A stretch of 64,000 bases of DNA, from NCBI RefSeq assembly GCF_902713615.1, contig NC_052151.1:200969703-201033702 (forward strand), in the 5' to 3' direction. The notes under the pieces are model-generated. The model saw only the letters and a list, made by a program, of their open reading frames with translations, was not told the origin of the DNA and did no database searches. This document shows positions 47,693 to 57,959 of the stretch, piece after piece. A program made the position numbers and the translations under genes. Origin of the DNA: Scyliorhinus canicula (Eukaryota). Each line of letters begins with the position of its first letter. Position 1 is the stretch's first letter.

Positions 47693-48870
47693 TGGGAGTG
47701 GACCCCGTTTGCAGAGAAGTACAACTTCAATCATGTCACATCAAGCCCATGCTATCCTCAATCATATGGCAAAGCAGAGAATGGCATAGGAATAATCAAA
47801 AAATTATTCCATAAAGCAATCAATAATAATAAAGATCTAGAGTTGGCGTAAAGAGCAATGCCACTGTTATCTGGGTTATCACCTGCTCAGGTGCTAATGG
47901 GTAGAAGAATTCGCACCACATTACCTGAGATAACCATTCCAGGTGTGGATCAAGAGATAGACAACAGTATCACATCAAGAAAACAGAAGCAAAAAGAGGA
48001 CTATGACAAACAAACAAAACCTAAAATAAAAGAAGGAGACTTTGTACGCATCAGAATCCTGATGGTGGGTGGAAACACATAGCTAAAGTTTTAAGACAAG
48101 TCATACCAAGGTGGTACTTAGTTCAGACTGAACAAGGTTCTATATTCAGACGAAACAGAAGCACATCAAACATCATGTTCCGTCTCTACCTCAGAATATT
48201 ACTGGCCCAGATAACATCTTCAAGGACATTGACTTTCCCAATCCTTACTTGACACCAATGCAGCAAAAAGACACGGAAGAGGAATCGCGTACTTTGAAGA
48301 CACCGTTGAGAAGATCAACAGGAAAGAGGAGACCACCAGACAGGTTAAATTTGTGATGACTGTAATAATTATTCATTTTCATCAACAAAGTGATGTAACA
48401 TTATTTGAAAATGAATGTGCAAATTGATAACACGTTTATGATCAATACTAGCTAATGTATTGTTGAAAGAAAAATATTACAACCAAAGTTGACAATAAAT
48501 TTTCATTTATAAAGAAAGGGGGATGTGGTATTATCATAAATGTAAGAACTGCAAGGATTAATTAAATGTCTGGAACAGCCACTAGAGGGAGCTACAATTA
48601 CAAGTATATAAGACATTGCTGCTAAGCCTTGTGGGGGAGAGAAGTGAAGGGGTTAGCTAGAGCATAGACTGAAGGAAAGATAGTGTGAGTAAGAGCAGAT
48701 CCTAGTTTATAATAGTGTAGAGATTAGTTGTAGATGATTGTAGTTTATATGTTAATAATCAACTGTGTATTATTTAGGAGTATGTGTCGAATTCAAATTA
48801 GTAATGTTAATAAATTTATAGCTTTGTTCAAGTACAAGCTATTTTGTGGTCTTTGTGAACACTACTCCAA

Positions 48871-49470
48871 TGTCATGTGAGAGTACCTTTAAGAAATGAG
48901 TGTTTATAAATGGGTGTGTATATAAATATCTGTAGTGAGTACCTTGAAGAAATGGGTGTTTATTACTGCAGTGATGTCAAAGAGTGGGTGGAACTGGGCT
49001 GTCTGTCAGCTTTTTACTTTCGTTTTAGGCTGTTTCCTGCAGTTTTAGTTTTGTTGGATAGCTGCAGTCACAGCCAGAAGGTGTATTAGAGTCTACCTCT
49101 AATCTAAAGAATGTAAATCGATCCTTTAGTGATTTAAAACTAATAACTGCTCGCAATAGTGACTTTAACCTGATGTGCTTCTGTTTAAAGGTTTTTTTTA
49201 AACTCTTCTGTTACGGATTACTTAGTGTTGTATTCTTTGGGGGTTGTATTTGAATTGATGGTTGCTAAGATGTTCACTGTTTGTTTGAAAAAGGTGAACT
49301 TGAGTTCATAGACTAAACATTGTTTTGCTTTTGAAAAATACTTTTCTATTTCTGTTGTACCACACCTGTAGAGTGGGCCGTGTGCTCCCCACACCACAAT
49401 CTATTAAAAGTTGTGGGTCAGGTAAGTTCCATGATACACTTTGTGGTTCTCTAAACCCTGGCCCAGAACA
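48871..49470 (+). mobile_element. 600-bp solo LTR inserted in the E4 3' LTR
   Basis: TGTCATG...AGAACA termini; 4-bp TSD CCAA; the E4 LTR resumes exactly afterwards. Confidence 0.9.
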
Positions 49471-49649
49471 CCAACCACCCTGAATTTAGCAACGCAAAGA
49501 GCACGGCACCCACACCGTGAGCCTGATCAGGTTTTACAACATCTGGTGATCACCGTTGCTGAGAATAAATTTTGGTTCCAGGTTTTTACTAATTCAACTA
49601 CTTTCCGAGCTTGGATTACAACACTATTGTAACTCAACCTCACTCCCCT

Positions 49650-49863
49650 TTCTTCTGCACGTTCTCCTCGTGTCTGGGTGGGTTTCCTCCGGGTGCTCCA
49701 GTTTCCTCCCACAAGTCCCGAAAGACATGCTTGTTAGGTGAATTAGACATTCTGAATTCTCCCTCTGTGTACCCGAACAGGCGCCGGAATGTGGCGACTA
49801 GGGGCTTTTCACAGTAACTTCATTGCAGTGTTAATGTAAGCCAATTTGTAACAATAAAGATTA
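49650..49863 (+). mobile_element. 5'-truncated V-SINE with L2-type tail
   Basis: V-domain plus ggggcttttcacagtaacttcattgcag tail. Confidence 0.8.
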
Positions 49864-49864
49864 C

Positions 49865-50695
49865 AGTCTTTCTTGCTGCCTCATCTCCATTTCTCTCTCT
49901 CGCTCCATCTCACACTCTCTCTCTCTTTCACATTGTCTTGTGCTCTGACTATCCCTTTCTCTTGCTTTATATGTCTCCCCATCTTTGTATCTCTGCATAT
50001 CTCTCACTTTGTCTGTCTGTCTGTCTGTCTCTCCCTCTGACTCCCTCTCTCTCATTCTCTTTATGTCTGCCTGTCCTAGTCCCTCCCTACCCCCCCACCC
50101 CTCACTCTCCCTACCCATCTGCCTGTTTCTGCCTCCCTCTGTCTCTTTCGCTCTGCCTCACTCTGTCTATCCCCCGTCTCTATCTCATTCAGTCTTTCAG
50201 CTTTACCCCAGTTTTGTCACTCTGTATTTCTCTCACACTCTCTTGTTTGTCTCTTTTTCTCTCTGTCTCTATCTCTGAGTTTATTTTTAGTGCTATATTT
50301 CTCTCGCTGTCTCCCCCTCTGTCTCTTTCTCTCCATCTCTCAGTCTCCGTCTCTTCCTCTCCCTCCAGCTCTCTCTCACACTGTCTAGCTCCATCTGTTT
50401 TTGTCTCACTCTGTCAGCTCCTGTTTAACACTATATGTCTCTGTATCTCTCCACCTGCTTGCCTGTCTCTCCCTCTCCTTGTCTGTCTCTTCCTCTCTTT
50501 TTCTGTCTGTCCGTGTCTCCCTTTTCCCCGTATCTCTCTCTCTCCCTATCTATCTCCCTCACTCTCCGTCTTGCTCCTTCTCCCTGTCTCTCTCTCTCCC
50601 TGTCTCTCTCGTTTTGTTTGTCTTTTTCTTCGTCTGTCGTTTTCTCTCCCCACGTCTCTCTCTCTCTCTCTCTCTCTTTCTCACTCACTCTCTGG
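49865..50695. repeat. CT-rich low-complexity/microsatellite tract
   Basis: (CT)n/CTGT mosaic. Confidence 0.9.
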
Positions 50696-51299
50696 TGTTA
50701 GTGATTCTATTTCTGGAAAGTAACACCCTTCGGACAGAACGAGGAAGTTGTGCACAAAGTCACACAGAATGAAAAGCCCCACGAAAATGTCTGTGAGTGT
50801 GGTGATCTATTACAGTCTCCATCCCGACTACAAAATCAAAATGGTGGATTTGCTAATCCAGTCGCCCTGGCCTTTAGTGGACCGTTCTGGACCCACGTTG
50901 CCTCATCAAGGAGGAAGGAGACCGTCAGGGCCCTGTCCAGGGCCTGACCATTTTCAGCTGCCTCTTAAATATCTTCCCACCATCAGAAAGTGAGGAGGAA
51001 GTTCCAGTAATACTGGTACCAGCTGGAGCCAATTCCAAAGGGGGAAATGAGAACTGATTTTCAAGTAGAAAACGGCAGTTAATACTGATGATGATACCAG
51101 GCCAGCAGGACAGGCCAGTGTTGATAGTGATATGTCTGGTACTGGTCAGAACTGGTTATTTTCCAGCCTATCTGCTGTTTCTTATCGTTTTGCATTTATT
51201 TTTAGTGCTTATGCATTTATTAATCGTATTCATTACTGTGCAGACTTGAGCATCAACTTGTCAATAACTCATCCATCCAAAGTGTTTTTTGGTGGACAA

Positions 51300-52075
51300 T
51301 CGCTGATAATTGCACAATGTTCAACACCATTCGCGACTCCTCCGACACTGAAGCAGTCCGTGTCCAAATGTGTCAAGACCTGGACAATATCCAGGCTTGG
51401 GCTGACAAGTGGCAAGTTACATTCGTGCCTGATGCACGATCAATTGCACGAAAGACTCAGATTGGTACAACTGTGGCTTTATTGCAGTCAGATGCGTGGC
51501 CTCCTGCTGCGGCTGGCGAAATGGCTGATCAGGAGGAGGACACGCATATTTATACTCCTCCTACTGGGCGGAGCCAGCCGGCAGGGGCTACCGGCGAACC
51601 TGTAGTACAGGTCCTACCGTACATCCCCTAATACAGGTGCACAGTGGTTCACCACAGTGCCAAACAAGTGCCAGGCAATGTCCATCTCCTACAAGAGAGG
51701 ATCTAACCGCTGCCCCTTGTCATTCAATGGCATTGCCATCGCTGAACCCCCACAATCAACATCCTGGGGGGGCGACCATTGATCAGAAATTGAATTGGAC
51801 TAAACATATAAATACTGTGGCTACCAGAGCAGGTCAAAGGCTGGGAATCCTGGGTGGAGTAACGCACCTCCTGACCATCCCAAAGCTTGTCCATCACCTA
51901 CACGGCCAAGTCAGGAGTGTGATGGAATACTCTCCACTTGCCTAGATGAGTGCAGCTCCAACAACACTCAAGAAGCTCGACACCATCCAGGACAAAGCGT
52001 GATCGGCACCCCTTTCATAAACATTCACTCCCTCCACCACCAACCCACATCTGCAGCCTGATGGACCGTCTGCAA
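51300..52075 (+). mobile_element. CR1/L2-clade LINE RT fragment split by a solo LTR
   Basis: QDLDNIQAWADKWQVTF, IDQKLNWTKHINTVATRAGQRLGIL. Confidence 0.8.
51430..51656 (-). mobile_element. Solo LTR (E2-related family)
   Basis: TGTGGTG...GCATCA on minus; 5-bp TSD GTGCC; AATAAA 48 nt before the end. Confidence 0.9.
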
Positions 52076-52244
52076 CAGTGATTTTCAAACTTTTTTTTTC
52101 CCGGGTGCACTTTTACCAATTGGTCCACCTTCTGGACCCACGTCAGGTGCGCTTACCCAGTCTATCCTGAGACAAGACAGTGTCAGGGACACTAACGTTT
52201 TCTTCCCCCGAAGGGAGAGAAAGAATATCATCTAGTTTTCTTGC

Positions 52245-53463
52245 TTAACCCGGTGCTGTACCTGTCCTGGGAGTGTTTGATGGGGACAGTGTAGAGGGAG
52301 CTTTACTCTGTATCTAACCCTGTGCTGTACCTGTCCTGGGAGTGTTTGATGGGGACAGTGTAGTGGGAGCTTTACTCTGTATCTAACCCCGTGCTGTACC
52401 TGTCCTGGGAGTGTTTGATGGGGACAGTGTAGTGGGAGCTTTACTCTGTATCTAACCCCGTGCTGTACCTGTCCTGGGAGTGTTTGATGGGTACAGTGTA
52501 GAGGGAGCTTTACTCTGTATCTAACCCCGTGCTGTACCTGTCCTGGGAGTGTTTGATGGGGACAGTGTAGAGGGAGCTTTACTCTGTATCTAACCCCGTG
52601 CTGTACCTGTCCTGGGAGTGTTTGATGGGGACAGTGTAGAGGGAGCTTTACTCTGTATCTAACCCCGTGCTGTATCTGTCCTGGGAGTGTTTGATGGGGA
52701 CAGTGTAGTGGGAGCTTTACTCTGTATCTAACCCCGTGCTGTACCTGTCCTGGGAGTGTTTGATGGGGACAGTGTAGAGGGAGCTTTACTCTGTATCTAA
52801 CCCCGTGCTGTACCTGTCCTGGGAGTGTTTGATGGGGACAGTGTAGTGGGAGCTTTACTCTGTATCTAACCCCGTGCTGTACCTGTCCTGGGAGTGTTTG
52901 ATGGGTACAGTGTAGAGGGAGCTTTACTCTGTATCTAACCCCGTGCTGTACCTGTCCTGGGAGTGTTTGATGGGGACAGTGTAGAGGGAGCTTTACTCTG
53001 TATCTAACCCCGTGCTGTACCTGTCCTGGGAGTGTTTGATGGGGACAGTGTAGAGGGAGCTTTACTCTGTATCTAACCCCGTGCTGTATCTGTCCTGGGA
53101 GTGTTTGATGGGGACAGTGTAGTGGGAGCTTTACTCTGTATCTAACCCCGTGCTGTACCTGTCCTGGGATTGTTTGATGGGGACAGTGTAGAGGGAGCTT
53201 TACTCTGTATCTAACCCCGTGCTGTACCTGTCCTGGGAGTGTTTGATGGGGACAGTGTAGAGGGAGCTTTACTCTGTATCTAACCCCGTGCTGTACCTGT
53301 CCTGGGAATGTTTGATGGGGACAGTGTAGAGGGAGCTTTACTCTGTATCTAACCCTGTGCTGTACCTGTTCTGGAAGTGTTTGATGGGGACAGTGTAGTG
53401 GGAGCTTTACTCTGTATCTAACCCCGTGCTGTACCTGTCCTGGGAGTGTTTGATGGGGACAGT
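52245..53463. repeat. 69-bp satellite, about 17 copies
   Basis: ctgtacctgtcctgggagtgtttgatggggacagtgtagagggagctttactctgtatctaaccccgtg. Confidence 0.95.
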
Positions 53464-53814
53464 ATGATGGAGGTTACTGTATAATTACTATGCTCTGCCC
53501 CAGACTGCCCTGTGGGTTTGTGTGAGATGTGATGCATTTCCGCTCATTCTCACCGGCTGCTGGATACAGCGCTGCACTGTACTGAGAGGCAAGTGGAAAG
53601 ACTGGTGCCCAAGCTGTGGTCAGAGGCAGAGAATTGGAATTGATTACTATCTGATGTGAGGGTCACTTCCTCTCCAGGCCCCACTCCTGTCTGCAGCATC
53701 AAATGAATGCAGTTCCTCCGAGATGAAGTGACACACATCTCACGCTCTTGGCATTGGCCCAAATCTTTAACCATCAACGTTCCCGGTCTCCCCACCCACC
53801 CACCCACCCACCCA

Positions 53815-53895
53815 CCCAATCTCAGCAACTCTGGCAGCATCTGTAGGGAGAGAAAAGAGCTCACGTTTCGAGTCCGATGACTCTTTGTCAAAGCC
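53815..53895 (-). mobile_element. Second Penelope-like-derived fragment with degenerate hammerhead
   Basis: Same TTTGACAAAGAGTCATCGGACTCGAAACGT core as 13557-13590. Confidence 0.55.
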
Positions 53896-53949
53896 CTCAA
53901 TTTAACATCTACATTAAATGGCATGCAATACATTCTCTGCATTTCTTCT

Positions 53950-54660
53950 GTGACAGAGCAGCACTTCCTCAGTACTGACCCTTTGACAGTGCAGCTCTCC
54001 CTCAGTACTGACCCTCTGACAGTGCAGCGCTCCCTCAGTACTGACCCTCTGACAGTGCAGCACTCCCTCAGTACTGACCCTCTGACAGTGCTCCACTCCC
54101 TCAGTACTGACACTCTGACAGAGCAGCACTCCCTCAGTACTGACCCTCTGACAGTGCAGCACTCCCTCAGTACTGACCCTCCGACAGTGCAGCACTCCCT
54201 CAGTACTGACCCTCTGACAGTGCAGCACTCCCTCAGTACTGACCCTCCGACAGTGCAGCACTCCCTCAGTACTGACCCTCTGACAGTGCAACGCTCCCTC
54301 AGTACCGACCCTCTGACAGTGCAGCACTCCCTCAGTACTGACCCTCTGACAGTGCAGCACTCCCTCAGTACTGACCCTCTGACAGTGCAGCACTCCCTCA
54401 GTACTGACCCTCTGACAGTGCAGCGCTCCCTCAGTACTGACCCTCTGACAGTGCAGCGCTCCCTCAGCACTGACCCTCTGACAGTGCAGTGCTCCCTCAG
54501 TACTGACCCTCTGACAGTGCAGCGCTCCCTCAGTACTGACCCTCTGACAGTGCAGCACTCCCTCAGTACTGAACCTCTGACAGTGCAGCACTCCCTCAGT
54601 ACTGACCCTCTGACAGTACAGCACTCCCTCAGTACTAACCCTCTGACAGTACAGCACTCC
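53950..54660. repeat. 33-bp minisatellite, about 21 copies
   Basis: cactccctcagtactgaccctctgacagtgcag. Confidence 0.95.
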
Positions 54661-54719
54661 TCGGTACGGACTCTTTGGAAGAGCAGTTCAAACTACTTGA
54701 CTCCTGAAGTCTGAAATAA

Positions 54720-55151
54720 TTTTAATTTTGTCGTGTGATGGGAGCATTCCTTGCCCATCCGTAATTGACTCTTGTGTAGGTGGTGGTGAGCTGCCTTGAA
54801 TCACTGTAGTACATGTGGTTTAGGTACACCCCCAGTGCTGTTAGGGAGTTGTTGAGTGACTTGGAGGGGAACCTCCAGGTGGTGGGGTTCCCAGGTATCT
54901 GCTGCTCTTGCCCTTCTAGATGGTAGTGGTTGTGGGTTTGGAAGGTGCTAAGGAACCTTGGTGAGTTATTGCAGTGCCTCTTGTAGACGGTACACACGGC
55001 TGTTACTGGTCGTCGGTGGTGGAGAGAATGACTGTTTGTGGAAGGAGGAGCAATCAAGCAGGGCTGCTTTGTCCTGGACGGTGTCGAGTGGAGAGTATTC
55101 CGTTACACTCTTGTCTTGTGCCTTGTCCATGGGATGGGGGATAGACTTTGG

Positions 55152-55184
<33 letters not shown>

Positions 55185-55760
55185 GAGGAGGTGAGTTACT
55201 TGCCGCAGGATTCCCAGCCTCTGGCCTGTTCTGGTAGCCACAGTATTAATATGACTAGCCCAGTTCAATTTCTGCTCAATGCTAATGGCCAGGATGTTTA
55301 GTGTGGGGGATTCAGCGATGGTAATGCCATTGAATATCAAAGCACGATGGTTGTACCTTATTGGATATAATAATCTTTATTTGTGTCACAAGTAGGCTCA
55401 CATTAACACTGTAATGAAGTTACTGTGAAAATCCCTAGTCGCCACATTCCGGCTCCTGTTCGGGTACACAGAGGGAGAATTCAGAATGTCCAATTCACCT
55501 AACAGCACGTCTTTCGGGACTGGAGGAGGAAGAAACCGGAGCACCCGGAGGAAACCCACGCAGACACGGGGAGAACGTACAGACTCTGCACAGAGTGACC
55601 CAAGCCGGGAATTGAACCGGACACCCTGGAGCTGTGAAGCCACAGTGCTAACCACCGTGCTACCATGCAGCCCACATGGTCTTTGCCCAGCCCTGGCGTG
55701 GTGTGAATGTTACTCGTCACTTGTCAGCCCAAGCCTGGATATTGTCCAGGTCTTAAACTT
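54720..55760 (-). mobile_element. CR1/L2-clade LINE fragment interrupted by a V-SINE (55365-55675)
   Basis: SIEQKLNWASHINTVATRTGQRLGIL; the SINE has a V-domain and L2-type tail. Confidence 0.78.
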
Positions 55761-56320
55761 CAAATTTGAATTTTAAAGTGGTCATCGGGCAGGGAGGGGG
55801 TTGGGCCGACATGGCGACCTCTGACATCGGCATTGCATAGAGCCCCCCACCCCCCCCCCCCCCATCCCCTGAAAACCTCTCCAACCCCGCCGGCCATCGA
55901 GTTTCCAATTCTGACACCAATTATTTTGCAACGGCAGGGTTATTAGAGAAGGAACAGCCATTTTGACAAGTTAACCCCAATCACCACTTCTTAAAATAAA
56001 CAGCCAACCATGTTCAGGTCAACTTCCTTTTTGATCACTTACTCTCGCCCGCTTTAGCTTTCCGTCGAGTTGACAACATTCTCGCTTTTTAAAGCTACAC
56101 GAGGAAGATTTGCAATCTTGCGTCCGAGAAAGAGGTCATATTTTTCTCTCGGTCGGTGACCATGCGCTGGCTCCAGCATCCATTTCCTCCATTCGGCCCA
56201 TCATGTCCATGCTAGCTCATTGTAAAGAGCTCCCCAATTAATTCCACCCCTTCACTCTTCTCCTCCCCCCCCCCCCCCCCCCCGTGTAAATTTGCCCCCT
56301 TCCAGTGTTTCTCCCATTTG

Positions 56321-56670
56321 GGGCAGCACGGTAGCATTGTGGATAGCACAATCGCTTCACAGCTCCAGGGTCCCAGGTTCGATTCCCGGCTTGGGTCACT
56401 GTCTGTGCGGAGTCTGCACATCCTCCCCGTGTGCGCGTGGGTTTCCTCCGGGTGCTCCGGTTTCCTCCCACAGTCCAAAGATGTGCAGGTTAGGTGGATT
56501 GGCCATGATAAATTGCCCTTAGTGTCCAAAATTGCCCTTAGTGTTGGATGGGGTTACTGGATTATGTGGATAGGGTGGAGGTGTTGTCCTTGGGTAGGGT
56601 GCTCTTTCCAAGAGCCGGTGCAGACTCGATGGGCCGAATGGCCTCCTCCTGCACTGTAAATTCTATGAAA
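56321..56670 (+). mobile_element. Full-length HE1-type V-SINE
   Basis: gggcagcacggtagc head with pol III B-box ggttcgattccc, V-domain and CR1 tail. Confidence 0.9.
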
Positions 56671-56872
56671 TACTCCCCCTTTCTGGAAGTTCCTATTGAG
56701 TCTGCTCCCACCGCCCTTTCAGACAGAACCTTCCAGATCACAACAACTCTCTGTGTAAAAACATTTCTCCTCATCCTCATCTCCCCCTCTGCTTCTTTTA
56801 CTGATTCTCTTCAATCTGTGTCCCTCTGGTTCCCCACCCTCCTGTCACTGGGAACACTCCCTCCTTCTTTAA

Positions 56873-57560
56873 GGGCAGCACGGTAGCATTTGGGGGCAGC
56901 AGGGTAGCATAGTGGTTAGCATAAATGCTTCACAGCTCCAGGTCCCATGTTCGATTCCCGGCTGGGTCACTGTCTGTGCGGAGTCTGCACGTCCTCCCCG
57001 TGTGTGCGTGGGTTTCCTCCGGGTGCTCCGGTTTCCTCCCACAGTCCAAAGAGGTGCGGGTTAGGTGGATTGGCCATGCTAAATTGCCCGTAGTGTCCTA
57101 ATAAAAGTAAGGTTAAGGGGGGAGGGTTGTTGGGTTACGGGTATAGGGTGGATGCGTGGGTTTGAGTAGGGTGATCATGGCTCGGCACAACATCGAGGGC
57201 CGAAGGGCCTGTTCTGTGCTGTACTGTTCTATGTTATAGAATTATAGAACAGTACAGCACAGAACAGGCCCTTCGGCCCTCGATGTTGTGCCGAACAATG
57301 ATCACCCTACTTAAACCCACGTAACCCGTATACCCATAACCCAACAATTAACCTTACACTACGGGCAATTTAGCATGGCCAATCCACCTAACCCGCACAT
57401 CTTTGGACTGTGGGAGGAAACCGGAGCACCCGGAGGAAACCCACGCACACACGGGGAGGACGTGCAGACTCCACACAGACAGTGACCCAGCCGGGAATCG
57501 AACCTGGGACCCTGGAGCTGTGAAGCATTGATGCTAACCACCATGCTACCGTGAGGCCCC
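56873..57560. mobile_element. Two HE1-type V-SINEs tail-to-tail (56873-57235 +; 57236-57560 -)
   Basis: Inverted pair sharing a perfect arm of about 50 bp. Confidence 0.9.
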
Positions 57561-57959
57561 TTTACTCCATCTGAACACTGACCGTCTCGATTCAACCCCC
57601 CCCCACCCCCACCCCCCCACCCAACCATCTCTGCTGGAAGGAGAAGAACCCCAGCTTCTCCAGTCTCTGTTTACCTCGCACCTTCCCGGGCTCTTTATGG
57701 GGACGTGCCAAAACAGAATTTGACACGTGCTTCCTCAGAAGGCAGGTGGGGCAGCGAACCGACAGCTCGGTCAATGGAGCTGCTTCAAAGGAGAGTCTGA
57801 GGAGGAGGAGAAGGTTAGTGAGTGGTGGAAGGGTTTGGGGAGGGGATCCCAGAGTTTAGGTCCCAGGCAGCTGAAGGCACGCCCGCCAATAGCGGGGCGA
57901 TGGGAATGGGCTGATGGTCACCAGGCTGGAATCGGAGAAACTCGGAGATCCCGGGGGGG

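Larger units (their letters stand above)
40936..49508 (+). mobile_element. Internally deleted Gypsy LTR element (E4) with tRNA-Leu PBS, hosting three nested insertions
   Basis: 5' LTR 40936-41305; PBS TGGTACCAGGAGT 41306-41318; gag start, CCHC, protease (FKTDTGA), integrase (VVSDNGP); no RT; PPT 48511-48523; split 3' LTR 48524-49508; 5-bp TSD CCCAC. Confidence 0.9.

Noticed and set aside
53550-54714. Cys-rich repeat ORFs (LRECCTVRGSV, VLHCQRVSTEG)
   Set aside because: Translation of a 33-bp satellite open in several frames
56321-56400. tRNA gene
   Set aside because: The tRNA-like head continues into the V-domain and LINE tail, so it is a SINE
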